Positions 46,682 to 59,100 of a stretch of 64,000 nt of DNA are shown piece after piece (position 1 is the first letter of the stretch; each line of letters opens with the position of its first letter). The position numbers and the translations under genes are program-made. The notes below the pieces were generated by a model. That model had not been told where the DNA came from and made no database searches. It was given only the letters and a program-made list of their open reading frames with translations. The stretch lies in the sequence record PV037725.1. The stretch is one strand, 5' to 3'.

Positions 46682-46692
46682 GGGTTAGCTCC

Positions 46693-46893
46693 TTAGTTGT
46701 AAGCTTTGAATTTAAGAATACGACCAATCAGACTGGCCTTGATATCGTTGGCGGTAAGATACTCACCCTCGATGGTATTGGCTGCTGATTCGGAACCCAT
46801 CGTGCGAGCGATAGCCTCGTAACCCAGTTCAGCTGCGGCAGTCAGAACCGCAAGGTTCTGACCATGTACTACGTTATTACTTTGCTTTTGCAT
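46693..46893 (-). CDS. Small hypothetical protein
   Basis: 66-aa ORF filling the gap between RNAP beta and the gp177-like gene. Confidence 0.55.
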   Translation of the reverse strand: MQKQSNNVVHGQNLAVLTAAAELGYEAIARTMGSESAANTIEGEYLTANDIKASLIGRILKFKAYN

Positions 46894-49800
46894 TTACAGT
46901 TCCTCGGTATACACCAGCTACTCGTTTAGATAGAGCTTTAAGAAGGATGCTGGTAGTAGCGATTAGTTTAGGAGACATTACCATCCGTTCTTCCACAGAA
47001 GTGTTGCCGAAGATGATGTCAATTGGAGTGCCGTCTTCCAGAGTGTTAGTGCCAGTCATCACACGAGAGATAACAGTCTTCATCTGGTTACACAGTACTG
47101 CTTTGTCGCCAGTACCAAATGGGATGTCATGGTCAATGTAAATCCGAATAACCATGCTATCTGGTTCCAAGATCTGACCCTTAATACGGAAAGAGGAATC
47201 AACCTCACCCGAGTAAGCGTTTCGCCCAGTTTGCTTAGCAATCTCTGCACGAGCATTATCCGAAGCTTCTGCCAGAGCACGAAGGTTATCGGACATGTCA
47301 TCAATGTCTCCATGATAGAAACATTCGATCTTAGAAACAGTACCAACTACCTTAGCGGTAGGTGTAGCAGACGACAGTCGTTTGAGCGTCTCAATAGAGG
47401 CATCATCAAACAGCGAGCCTGCGGCAGTTTCGGGGTCTTCAATAATACACAGTATTGAACTGAGATCGAGGTGGTCACCTACTTTTACCAGTTCCGACAC
47501 ATACTGATCAAATCGAACAATAACGTTCTTCACGTCAGTAGTCTGAGTATTAAGCTTCTTGGCGATGGATTCAGAAACTACCGATCCGTCTTCCAAAGTG
47601 TCCAAGTTGTCGTTGAACGTAACTACGCCGATAACCCCAGGCATCAGAGATACCTGATCTGGGTTGTAACGGTCTTCTTTGAAATACTTCCGGTTGTATG
47701 TGATTGTGTCACCACGTTTAAATTTGTCACCTTTCTTCCACTTGGTAACCAATTCGTGAGGATACACCACACCCGCAGCAGAACCATGAATAGTCCCAAG
47801 CTGGAATGCATCCACTTCACCGTCCTCGTATTGAATAGTGATACCATTCTTATCGAGGGCAACTACCTGACCATCTCGCTCAGCAGCCGTAGCGAAGATA
47901 CTCGATGTACGCTGACCTACAACCTGTTCATAACCAGTACGAACTGGAGACAGATCGTAACCATCTGCGTACAAACCTTGTTGCTGTTGAATAGACGCAA
48001 AGCCGATACGTTTCATATCGTCGTGAGCCATACCAACACCCAACAGTGCAGACGTCGAGAGCAACTTAGACTTACCATCTTTCGTAGGATCAAACAGACG
48101 AGTCAGACCACGCATAGAGGTGAAGTTAGCATCCGGAGTCATGTAAGCAATAATACCTACGTCACCGGAGTCAACCGTAGACTCAGATACAACACCCAAG
48201 TCAGACTCACCATACACACGTGTACGGGCAACCATCGATACCGCTGCACGTCCACCATCACCACGATAGGTCATGGCTTCTTGTTCACGCAGGTTAGCGA
48301 TTGGGTTGGAGTCCTCAATCGTTGCGATAGTCGGGTCGTTCAGTTTAGTCCATACTTCATGACGATCCAAGACGACTTTAACATCGGTGGAACCTTCACG
48401 TGAATTGTAACGCTTCACCGCTTTAGACAGAGAACTAAAGATCTGACCAGCAATACGTTCGTAACCACGATAGCGCATGTACTGACCATCTACTTCACCT
48501 GGAGCCCAGTCTTCCATCAGCATTTCAACTGAACGGAACAGCAGTCCTTCAAATGTAGTAGGCTCGCCCATCTCAACCAACATACCTTCGGTGATCGGGT
48601 CAACGAAGGCTTCGAACAGGAAATCGATCTCACGAATGAATCGGTTACCCATGTCCATCTCGATCAGCAGACGATGGTAAACGTCTTTCTTATCGAAGTC
48701 ATACCGAGAATAATTTCGCAGTACTTTGTGGTAACGCCTCAGACCACCTAATACCAGCATGGACTTATAATCGTCACGAGGGAATACCAGAATCTCGTCA
48801 TTGAATGCAAGCGTATAGTCTTCACCACTTACGACAATACGAGTACCACGTGGGTGAGCTTGGTATTTAACACCCAGCTTATCCAACAGGTTAGTGAAGC
48901 CCAACTGATAACCCAATACAAAACCAATCGGCAGGTCTTTACCAGAGACCTTAACGTCAACAGCTTCCAAAGGCGCCTTAGCTGCGTTGATACCAACGAG
49001 GTCCAGAATGTTACCCATTGGTTCCAGTTCAGTGTTACCTTCCTTAAGATAGAAGATACCCGCTTTATCCAACAAGATCGGTCGTCCTTCACGAACACCG
49101 ACCATTACCATGTCGTTGAACTCATAAGCCTCAGAATCAATACCGAACTTCTCCTTGAAATAAGCATTACGCTTAGGATAGTTAAAGTACAGGTGATTCG
49201 CCCCGTTATCGAAACCGGAGAACTTATTAGACAGTGCCGTGTAGACACGAGGTAAGTGAAACTCAGACAGATCTAACTCAGCATAACGCGGGTTAGAAAC
49301 GATCGGATTACTGTGATCACGAGCCTTAACGTCGATCTGACGAGTCAGCCACTGATCAAAGGCATGCTCAGCGCGCGGAGAGCGCAATACGAACGTTTTA
49401 TTCGTATAGCTAGTCAGAGCTACCTTTAATGGGGAAACCTTCCTGATCGGGATGTCAGCGCGTTGTACGCGTTGTCGATAAGTTACACCGTTACTAAGGA
49501 ATCGACCATCACGATCAATCACTGGAACAGTAAAGGTCAGCTGAGAGGCCATACCACGAACAGGCTTCACCGTTACCGTAAAGGTTTGGGTGTGGTTCAT
49601 AGCGTCTTCGTTTTCCTGAATCTTAATATCGGTTACAGCAACGCCTTGACGTTGAATAGCCATAATCGATTGCAGGATGTCTTTAGGCAAAAGCTTCTTG
49701 ATGTACTTACGCTGCATCGACTTGTGAACCGAACGCAACATGGACTTATCCATGATGGTGGTTTTATCAGGGAATTCTTCTACAGGTACTTCAAAGTCGG

Positions 49801-51397
49801 CGGGCTCGTACTGCATGGCTTCCTTAACAGTCAACCCACTACCGAATGGGTCGGGCATCGTTTCATAGCGCTGGGCGTCATCGATGGTCTGCTCAAAGGT
49901 ACGTTCAGAGATCATACCTACTTTAGCCAAACGGAATGCACGCTTAGCCACACCATCCAACATCGGATCACCAGTGGTAAACTCAGCATCGACAATTGCA
50001 GCAGGTCGAGCTTGTTCTACCTTAAGTGTCTTAGCCGCAGCTTTAGACATCTCGTCGGTTTCGATGTTTAGCGTAGTGCGTTCAAGTTCTAACGCAGGTG
50101 GTGGCTCGAATGTAACCTGCATGATATCGAGGTCAAACGATCTGTACACCTTACTCAGTGGTGGTGTAACGATATCGTCTTCAACGGGTACGTCACCAAT
50201 AGGAACGGCCTTAGCTTTGATATCCACCGGTTCGTCTTCAGACTCGGAGAACTCAGCATTCTCATCATCGTCCGGATCAACATTAATTTGAGGTTCTTCA
50301 GATTCAGCCTCAGCTTCGATCATGGCGTTAGCTTGAACGTTAGCGTCGTTCTCAATCAGTTGGTCGTTACCAGCAGCGTATTCAACCAGAGTAGTCATCA
50401 GACTAACAAAGCGACGTTGGATCAACTCAGGTTTGAAATAAGCTTCCATACCGAAGTCATCAACGTAGGTTTCAATACCCAAGTCAAGTCGGTCTTCTAC
50501 AGACATGGCTGCGAGTGACACTTTAACTGGATATGTCTCAAAACCAGTTTCGATTGAACCATAGGTCTCGTAAGATTCTAACGAGCCCCCTTCCAGCAAC
50601 AGCTTAGCGTCAGCTTCTTTCTCTTCTTCAGTCTGCTCACGCCATTCATCCAGCTTACCCAAGTTGATAACAAAGAAGCTACCTTGAATACGAATGAAGA
50701 AGTTGACCTGTGAAAAATACTGCTTATCTACTTGCGACAGGAAAGATGCTTTACGATCAGGACCGAGAAAGCGATAGATGTCAAAGAGGTTCAGCAGGTC
50801 ACCATTCTTGAAGATACCCAACAGGTTCTGAGTCTGTGAGGTCTCAAGCATCTTGAACTGTGCCATCGTCGGCATCGATTCTGGTACTTGCAGTTCGATG
50901 AAGTGGTTCCATGTAGGGAACCGTTGACAAGCATCTTGTACCCCAGCCCAGAAAGTAGCCGTGTCGTTCAGCCAGCGATAGTAGTTAGCTTTATAGCTAG
51001 CGATGTATCGATAGAGTGGATTAAGTAAGTTATAGTTAAACAGTGCAACGTTCTGTTGGTTCAGCTTAACCGACTCGTCACGACGAAGTGGTTTGAAGAA
51101 ACGGTTTTGTCTGCGGAAGTCATTCAGCAAAGTAGGGGCCAGTACCGAAGTACGTTTTGGATTACCTACTTCAGATTTGAGTTCAGTGATCTGCTCAATG
51201 AATACTTTACCTTTAAGCTTGGCAATGATCGGGTCAACTTGTGATGGACCCAATACCGCTTGGTTATCCGAATGGAAGTGATACACGGTTTCCATAGGGA
51301 ACTCAAACTTGTTGATCGCGTGAAGCCGCGGAGTCTGTAACTCCGCAGCCTGACGTAGACCAAAGCTTCTCAGGAACTGGTCAATTTTTAAACGCAT
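46877..51397 (-). CDS. Virion RNA polymerase beta subunit, large N-terminal part (phiKZ gp178-like)
   Basis: EDSNPIANLREQEAMTYRGDGG, SESTVDSGDVG, HDDMKRIGFASIQQQQ and GDKAVLCNQMKTVIS...DIIFGNTSVEERM correspond to conserved beta regions. Confidence 0.9.
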   Translation of the reverse strand: MRLKIDQFLRSFGLRQAAELQTPRLHAINKFEFPMETVYHFHSDNQAVLGPSQVDPIIAKLKGKVFIEQITELKSEVGNPKRTSVLAPTLLNDFRRQNRFFKPLRRDESVKLNQQNVALFNYNLLNPLYRYIASYKANYYRWLNDTATFWAGVQDACQRFPTWNHFIELQVPESMPTMAQFKMLETSQTQNLLGIFKNGDLLNLFDIYRFLGPDRKASFLSQVDKQYFSQVNFFIRIQGSFFVINLGKLDEWREQTEEEKEADAKLLLEGGSLESYETYGSIETGFETYPVKVSLAAMSVEDRLDLGIETYVDDFGMEAYFKPELIQRRFVSLMTTLVEYAAGNDQLIENDANVQANAMIEAEAESEEPQINVDPDDDENAEFSESEDEPVDIKAKAVPIGDVPVEDDIVTPPLSKVYRSFDLDIMQVTFEPPPALELERTTLNIETDEMSKAAAKTLKVEQARPAAIVDAEFTTGDPMLDGVAKRAFRLAKVGMISERTFEQTIDDAQRYETMPDPFGSGLTVKEAMQYEPADFEVPVEEFPDKTTIMDKSMLRSVHKSMQRKYIKKLLPKDILQSIMAIQRQGVAVTDIKIQENEDAMNHTQTFTVTVKPVRGMASQLTFTVPVIDRDGRFLSNGVTYRQRVQRADIPIRKVSPLKVALTSYTNKTFVLRSPRAEHAFDQWLTRQIDVKARDHSNPIVSNPRYAELDLSEFHLPRVYTALSNKFSGFDNGANHLYFNYPKRNAYFKEKFGIDSEAYEFNDMVMVGVREGRPILLDKAGIFYLKEGNTELEPMGNILDLVGINAAKAPLEAVDVKVSGKDLPIGFVLGYQLGFTNLLDKLGVKYQAHPRGTRIVVSGEDYTLAFNDEILVFPRDDYKSMLVLGGLRRYHKVLRNYSRYDFDKKDVYHRLLIEMDMGNRFIREIDFLFEAFVDPITEGMLVEMGEPTTFEGLLFRSVEMLMEDWAPGEVDGQYMRYRGYERIAGQIFSSLSKAVKRYNSREGSTDVKVVLDRHEVWTKLNDPTIATIEDSNPIANLREQEAMTYRGDGGRAAVSMVARTRVYGESDLGVVSESTVDSGDVGIIAYMTPDANFTSMRGLTRLFDPTKDGKSKLLSTSALLGVGMAHDDMKRIGFASIQQQQGLYADGYDLSPVRTGYEQVVGQRTSSIFATAAERDGQVVALDKNGITIQYEDGEVDAFQLGTIHGSAAGVVYPHELVTKWKKGDKFKRGDTITYNRKYFKEDRYNPDQVSLMPGVIGVVTFNDNLDTLEDGSVVSESIAKKLNTQTTDVKNVIVRFDQYVSELVKVGDHLDLSSILCIIEDPETAAGSLFDDASIETLKRLSSATPTAKVVGTVSKIECFYHGDIDDMSDNLRALAEASDNARAEIAKQTGRNAYSGEVDSSFRIKGQILEPDSMVIRIYIDHDIPFGTGDKAVLCNQMKTVISRVMTGTNTLEDGTPIDIIFGNTSVEERMVMSPKLIATTSILLKALSKRVAGVYRGTVNAKAK

Positions 51398-51399
51398 GG

Positions 51400-53052
51400 T
51401 TACTTCCTTGGGATAGGATCGCCAGTCATGTAGCGAAGGGTGAGGTTCAGGGTATGGATATTCAGAGAGAACGCAATACCGCCACCAGCTCGTACATAAG
51501 CAAGACGTGATTTAAAGAATTTGTTACACTCGGCAATAGACTCTTCCGAATAGCATGCAATCCATGAGGTGGTGTCACCGTCAAAGTCAGCAGTCAATGG
51601 AGCGAGGGTTGCAGGAGGCAAACTGATGGAGTCGTGCCACTGTGCAGGTTTGTTCAACTCGAACACTGGATATTCCAATGCAATCGGTTGAGTGTCATCA
51701 CGCTTCCAGTCCCAACCTAACGGATACCTGATCTCACCTTTAACAGTGGTCTTGAGGTACATCCGGCAAGGGATCGATGAGTTATAGTTCTCAATCGGGT
51801 AACGAGTAACAAAGCCTACAGTGGTATTCCACATAGATAAGCCTGCCAAGTAAACCAGCTCAGAGTAGGTTATTGGCCTGACGTTCTTACGGTCTAAGGT
51901 CTTAGGAAACTCTGTGATGTCACGGAAGACTTTAAAGGTAGAGTCTGGTCCTAGGTACACGAGTGCCAAGTAGTGACCTTCAATCTCAATAGCTCGAGAT
52001 CGTTGCTCTACTACCTTGAGTTCGTTGATAACTTTCTCCAACCCATCTGGCGTACCCCATCGGTCGATTGTATCAACACCGATATTCACAGGTACCAACT
52101 TAAGGGTCTTCTTATCGATCAACTCAACTTGTTGGGTCAACGAATCAAACACACCACTCAAGACTGAGTTACGTAAGCCGAAGATCGTTTTAGGTTTAAC
52201 CGATACTGCACCTTGATACAAACCAATCGCAACGTCTTTAAACATAGGTCGGTTAGGCAGGTCCAAGTCAGCAGCGTTAGTATCCAACGAACTAATAACG
52301 TTACGAGTACCGTTAAAGACTTTACGCGATGCCCAGTTAGCTTGGATAAAGCCACCCTTACCTGACAACAGCTTCTCGAAGTGGAGATAGATCTCGAGTA
52401 CAGTGTTCTGCAAGGCTACCCGCTTACGATCGTAAATAGACAGATCGTCATTAGGGCCGAAGTATTCAGGTACGTCACGAGACTGCATTAATAGTCGGCG
52501 ATACATCTCGTTGACTTCGTCCATCGTGGTTCGACCATAAGCATCGATCTCAACTTCGCGATAGGCTGCCGGGCAAACTAAGAACTGTTTCAGCGTGCAA
52601 CGATCTTTATATTTCTCGATCAGCTGAAGGCGGTTCGTACGAATACCTGGACCTTTGGACTTGAACTCAACCTTCTTCCAGTTGTCGTAGAAGAATGTGT
52701 AGCCCGTGTGGCCTTCCAATTCGTTAGAAGGTACAAAGTCTTTCAGCACTGGGTCAAAGTTAGCAAATGCCTTCCCGAGGATGATCTCTTCATAGAAACT
52801 TTTGAGCTTGAGGATATTGCGGTATACGACTGGATGAATTACGGGTAATCCCAGATCTATGTAACCGAAACGAGATTCACGGTCAGTCGAAGCTGTACGA
52901 CCGAAGATCTCAACTGAGAACAAACCTTTCTCATGGTAGTTACCGCCCACACCTTCGAAGATCTCATGACTGGTGACTTGACCCAACATTGCAATTTGTT
53001 GTGGGGTCGGAATCAACAGGGAAATGTTGAAGGGCATTAGTGCCTTTTTCAT
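51400..53052 (-). CDS. Virion RNA polymerase beta' subunit, catalytic N-terminal part (phiKZ gp180-like)
   Basis: FGYIDLGLPVIHP, LSGKGGFIQANWASRKVFNGTRNVI, and catalytic ADFDGD. Confidence 0.92.
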   Translation of the reverse strand: MKKALMPFNISLLIPTPQQIAMLGQVTSHEIFEGVGGNYHEKGLFSVEIFGRTASTDRESRFGYIDLGLPVIHPVVYRNILKLKSFYEEIILGKAFANFDPVLKDFVPSNELEGHTGYTFFYDNWKKVEFKSKGPGIRTNRLQLIEKYKDRCTLKQFLVCPAAYREVEIDAYGRTTMDEVNEMYRRLLMQSRDVPEYFGPNDDLSIYDRKRVALQNTVLEIYLHFEKLLSGKGGFIQANWASRKVFNGTRNVISSLDTNAADLDLPNRPMFKDVAIGLYQGAVSVKPKTIFGLRNSVLSGVFDSLTQQVELIDKKTLKLVPVNIGVDTIDRWGTPDGLEKVINELKVVEQRSRAIEIEGHYLALVYLGPDSTFKVFRDITEFPKTLDRKNVRPITYSELVYLAGLSMWNTTVGFVTRYPIENYNSSIPCRMYLKTTVKGEIRYPLGWDWKRDDTQPIALEYPVFELNKPAQWHDSISLPPATLAPLTADFDGDTTSWIACYSEESIAECNKFFKSRLAYVRAGGGIAFSLNIHTLNLTLRYMTGDPIPRK

Positions 53053-53124
53053 CTTACTTTACCTCAGTGGGGTGTTTACGTGTCAACGATATGAATCTTT
53101 AAAGATATCGATGGAGTTATTACA

Positions 53125-56100
53125 ATGGCTAAACAGAATGTGCCTCTCAGAAAACCGAAAGGTTCTGATGGTGAAGGCAATATTAAAGTACCCGGTGGCC
53201 CAGTAGTATTGGACCTCGGTGACTTCGACGACATCTTCGGTCCCATGGACGCTGAATCACCCAAGAACGGTCCACTGGGTCAATTCTACTCTGGGCTCAA
53301 AGACTCGCTCGGAAATAGGTTTAAAACGAAAGATATCGTGCGTAACTTCTTACGCTCGGCGGCTCCTGATGGTTTATCTAACGTCATGGGTTTTGCTGAC
53401 GAAGCTATGGCTGCGACTCGCGATATCAAAGAATCGATTGAGCGTACTAACGCTGCCGATTTACAATACATCGCTCAACGCGCTCAAAAAGTTTTACCTC
53501 AGCTTAAAGACTACGTCTCGGAAGACACTTACAACGACATCAACCAAGGTCTAGAGAATAAGATTGAAGAGTATGATTACACCGTTCAATCGGGTCGTGA
53601 TCAAACTGCAATCCGTCGGGCACGTCAAGACGAATCTGATACCAATCAGATTAAAGCGGCGATGGATAACATCGCACTGACTGACCGTCTTAACCATAAC
53701 AAGTCTGAACAGGGTGCAAACGCACGTCATAACCAAACACGTGCTGAGAACTCCATTCGTGATGTACTGTCTACTCGACGCTTTGACTTCGTGGCTAAGT
53801 CCATGGGTATGGCGGTAGACTCCTTACAGCGGATCGTAGGCTACAAAGAACAAGTTGATTACGGGTTCCAACGTAAAGGTCTGGAACTACAATTCCGTAG
53901 TTACTTGGGTATCAAAGAACTGGTTAAGTTATCGGAAGCACACTTAGAGCTTAACGCTCGTGCTTATAACTCGATGATTCGCAACACCGGTATCCCTGAT
54001 CATGAGAAACGTGGTCGTAATGACCTAACTCAAATGGGTCAAGGTTCGGATAAGCGTGGCTTTGCTTCTAAAGCAATTCAAGCGGTAGGCGGTAAGACCC
54101 TCTCCCAGTTCTACGGTAACTATAGTGGTGATGTACAGTCTCGCGTACAGAACTCGCTGAGTCAGAAATTGAGCATGGCTACTATGGCCATGAAGATGGG
54201 TGAGAACGGACCTAGCCTATGGGATAACAAATATTCCATGGCTGGTAACCTAGCAGGCGATTACCTGTCTGACTTCCTCATCAATGACCTGGTGCCAATG
54301 TTAGGTCGTGAAGCACGTGGTCCTTTGACTAAGCTCTCCGATAGACATGGTGGTCGTCACAACCAAGCTGGCTACTTCCTGGACAACATGCCTGCATTCT
54401 TGCAGGAGTTTGTGAATAACAACCAGAACTCTCGTGGTATCAAAGGTGGCATTCGAAATCTGATAGCGCCTTATGTCCCACAATTTGGTTTGCAGGATCG
54501 TGTTCAGAACGGAACGTTCCAAACAATTGACCAGCATGCGACGTTTAACCAAGCAACCCAACGTAGTATCGTTGATGCGATCCCCGGTTATCTTGCCCGT
54601 ATACTGCAAGAGATGCGCATGATCCGTACTGGTAGTGATGATGTAGCACGTGAAGTGTTCGACATGACTAACGGTAAGTTTGGCCTTGAGAAAGCTGCGC
54701 ATGATAACTTGCAGAACCGTATTGTTCCTGAGAACGCAGTTAGAGTAGCCTCGTCTACTATTAACGATGCACTCAATCAAATGGATAAAGATGGTAAGTT
54801 GAGTCCACAGGCACGTAAAGCCCTGGGTGAACGCTTATTACGCGATGGTTCGTCTAACAACCGCTTCGATCCAGAAGCCTACATCCGCTCGCGTGGCTAT
54901 GCACAAGGTACAAGTCCTGAAGTAGCTAAGGAATTGGAAGAACACTTCCGTAGTCAGTTCAAGTTCGATGAAGACGGTAAGATGTCTGACACGTCCGAGA
55001 ACCATAAACTGCGCCAAGAGTTCTCTCAAGCATTCTTGGATATCCGTAGTATCTCTCGTGACCCAATCAAAGAGATCAACCGGTTGATTAACTCTGGTCA
55101 CACTGAACCATTGCGTGCAATGGGTATCATTGTTACTGAGAAAAATCAGGATCGGATTAACTATCCACGTATCTGGGAAATCCTTCGTCAAGGTGTGAGC
55201 GATCACAACCCGTATGCTGAGGGTGGTAGTGGTTATGATCCATATGCAGTAGACAACTCGGGTACCGTGGGGCATAAGAACTTCATGGGTCCTGAACACC
55301 CAGGCTTAGGCAAAGCGTTCGTTATGAACAACATGCGTAAGTTCCGAACCAAGTATGCTCCTGAAGAGCAAGCTGCTCGCGATGCCACAGCTAAGCACCT
55401 TAAGGCCCTACGTGGTCGTTTCGGTAGTGCTGCTAAAAACGCCCAGGATACGTTTGCTGACCTCACAGGCGGTAAGGGTACTGACTATACTCCGGGTATT
55501 AAAGGCTTCTCCCAGATGATGTCTGGAGGGCCAGGATTTGGTCCGCAGAACATGGCGGGGGGTTATCAGGCGTTTATCGGTGAGAAAGTCAATGAGCACA
55601 AAGAAAAGCTGAAAGGTTATGGTGTAGATGGGATGCAGGAACTGACGGACTTGTACAGTTCGTTTGATCCAACGCAACCTTTGATCAAGGGTATTGACTT
55701 CGGCATGGGCGACCTGATCGACGTTAACACCAAGAAGATCGTAACTAAACCATCTGACATTACAGGCGAAGTCATCAACCGGCTAGGTCAGACTGTAGTA
55801 ACGGCAACCGAAGCTGCCGCAGGTCTACTCAACCCTAAAGGTGAGTTAGCGGTTAAAGTAAGCGATACTTTTAATAGCATCGTTGATAAAGCGATCGGCC
55901 TCCATCGTAACATTAATGGTGAGCGATCGGCGAGCAGTGAACCTACCGATCCTAATAATCCTGACGAACTCAATAAGCAAGACTGGTCTTTAGGTCCTGG
56001 TGAGAATCCAATCCTTCTGGCTCGTGGCTTTATGAACGGGGAGTATAAGGATGCTGCTGGTAAGGTAATCAACTCTATCGCTGATATTGCATCTGACGTT

Positions 56101-59100
56101 TACGATAACGCCGGTAACTTGGTAGTGTCGGCTAAAGAGTTCGCTAACGGCCTGTGGTCTAAACGTAGTGGTAAACGCTATCGTCCAACTAAAGGCTTTG
56201 CACGACTACTCAAAATGGCCCAGGGCGCAGGTAAGTACTCTGGTACAACCGCAACTGGTTTGGCTTTCGGTGCATTGAAGTTCTCAGCTAAGGCTGCATT
56301 GGGTATTGCCAAAACGGCATTCAACTTCGTTATGGATAACCAGAACGCTTACCTACCGGGTGAGGCGGTTCCAGTTATTACACGTCGTCAATTGCAGGCA
56401 GGTGAATACTACGACGATAAAGGTAAAGTTGTTGAAGACTTTGTCGACGTATACTCACCGATGTATAATGCTCAAGGTGAGGCTGTTATTGCACCAGAGC
56501 TGTACAAGCAACTAACTAACTTCGATGGTTCCAAACACGCCCTGGCTAAGAACCGTCGCATCTGGGCTAAGTACATCATGCGCCCACTTCGGGCCGTGCG
56601 TGATGCTTACATGCGTCAGACCAAGAAGTACTACAAGTGGTTAGGTAAAACGACTACTCGTGTTGGTGGTGCTGTCGGCCGTAAGTTGTTTGGTGGATTC
56701 GCTAAGATGGGCGGTAAGGTATTTGACTCGATGTTTGAATCAGTCGAGGACCCAAATGCTAAAGCTCAGATTGACGCCACCTTAATGGCTTCACAGCAAC
56801 AGACTTCTGTAATGGAACAAGTGTTGCAAGCTGTACGTGACCTTAAGCCGAAAGAACTCCGTAAAGGTAGTTGGCAGGCCAAGGAAGCGAGTAAGGCTGC
56901 TGCCGGTGACGGTAAGAAAGGCGATGGTAAGGATGATGACGCCAAGCAACAAGGTTTCCTCAAGCGTGGCCTAGCTGGGTTGGCTTCGATGTTAGGTCTT
57001 GGTGGTAATAAAGACTCCGACGAGGAAGACGATGATGGTTTCGGCTTAGACGATGCTGCGGATCTTGCTGACATCGGTGACGCCGTTGGTGATCACAGAG
57101 AGCGTAGACGCCGTCGTCGACGTCCAGGTAAGAAAGGTTGGTTTGGTAATCTATGGGACAAGGCTAAGAACTCCCGTGTTGGTAAATGGGGTGGTACTAT
57201 CCTTGAAAAGGCGGGGCAATCACGTCTGGGCCAAATGGCGGTTAAGCCATTACTCCAAGTAGCTAAACGTCCTACCTTCTGGGCCGCTGTGGCAACTACG
57301 GCTGCTGTAGCAGGTACTTACTTGTGGTCGAGTATCAAAGACTCATCTGGTGACTTCCGACGTCTCCGGTTATCGCAATACGGTATTTGGGGCATGCGTC
57401 GTGAACTCAAGGTACTCGAGCTTGAGACGTTGTTAGAGCAATTCACCGATAAGGTATCTGACAACCCATCGTTTAGTCTGAGTGGTGCTGGCGCTAAGCA
57501 AATGCTTTCGATCATGGGTCTTGATATTGAGAACCAGACTGAGGTGATGAACTTTGCTAAGTGGCTTGAACTACGTTTCAAACCAATCTACCTTGCGTGG
57601 ATTGGTGGGTTAAACAAAGTGGGTCAAAGCCAAGTTAAAATTAATGAGGTTGATGACAAGCTACCTAAAGAACTCAAAGCCGACTTCCTTGAAACCATCC
57701 GATTCCCGTACAACAACGAATCACCTTACTCGGTTCTGATCAACCCGTTTGATCCAGATGACACTCCTGAACCTAACATGGATTATATCTCCAAGTTGTT
57801 CGATGAACTCAAAGCCGAGTTTGATCCTGAACGTAAGAAGGATGACGCCAAAGTAGATGGTAAGAAGGTATCCAAAGAAGATATCGCCAAAGGTGCTGCC
57901 GCGGCAGGTGGTGCAGCTGCTGTTACTAGTGATAACCCAGCTAAAGACATCGTTAAGAAACAAGCCGATGAAAAGGCTAAGAATGGCGATATTCTTAAAA
58001 CTGGTATTGCTGCTACAGCGGCTACCTCGTCGAGCATGTCGGGTACGATTGCTGCATTGAACGCACGTATTGGTAACACCGTAACGGCGCTCCAAGCGAT
58101 TCGTATGCGGGCGTACGGTCTTCAAACACTGCAACTGTCCGATGTACGTAGTCTGCTGGCCTTAGAAGCAGTTTACGCCAAAGACCTTACCGCGGTGGAT
58201 GATGTTGTTGACTACTCAGGTGACGATCAGAAGCTGTTAGCAGCGGCTGGTACATTACTGGGTAAAGACACATCTGTTGGTTCCACCGATCGACCAAAGT
58301 TGTATAACTGGTTGATGCAACGATTTGGTCCCACCTTCCGTGCTTACTACGGTACAGCGAAACAATTGAACCCATCGGCTGACCTTAAGACTTTGGAAAA
58401 CAAGTTAAAGGGTGCGGATAAGGTATCGGTTGGTCAGGCTGTGTTGGGTGCAGTATTCCGACACGATCAGACGGTTTGGGAATGCGATAGTATCTTTGAT
58501 GTTAAAGGTCCACTTGCAGATCTCAAACGTTTAGCTGATGCTGACCTTGAACATCTAAAGAAAGAAGCTGAGAAAGAAGTCGTAGACTCTCCGACACAGA
58601 AAGGCTCTGATCAGATGGCTGGGAAGAATGCTGCTGATACAGGCGGTAGCTTCACGGACAAGGTAATCGGTAAGATCAAAGACGCATGGGACTCGAGTAA
58701 AGAGACTATCTCTAATACTTGGAACCGTGCATCTGAAGCCGCTAAGGATACTTACGCTGGGGCTAAGATCGCAGTTGGTATGGGTCCTGACTACGGTGAG
58801 GGCGGCGCATCTGGTGGCGTTATCAAGTCATCCGGTACTGGTGGCGAGATAATCTCAGGTACTGGCGGTAAGTTTGAGGAACTCCCTTATCCTTCTGCTA
58901 ACAGTTCCATCAAAGCGGCATACCCAACTCTGTTGGCTGCCGGTAAGATGACTGGCGTACCGGTGGATTGGTTGACTGTGATTGCTGGTATTGAATCTGC
59001 ATTTAACTACACCATCAAAGCTAAGACCTCTAGTGCAACTGGTTGGTACCAATTTATCGATGGTACCTGGGATGAAATGGTTAAGAAGTATGGTCCTAAG

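Noticed and set aside
45122-46696. 524-aa plus-strand ORF antisense to the gp177-like gene
   Set aside because: Shadow ORF expected from the strong codon bias of the real minus-strand gene; no RBS, no motifs, and unnatural composition.
51390-51405. Intron or homing endonuclease between the RNAP beta and beta' genes (phiKZ has an HNH gene here, from recollection)
   Set aside because: The genes are separated by only 2 nt, and no frame breaks were seen within either subunit.
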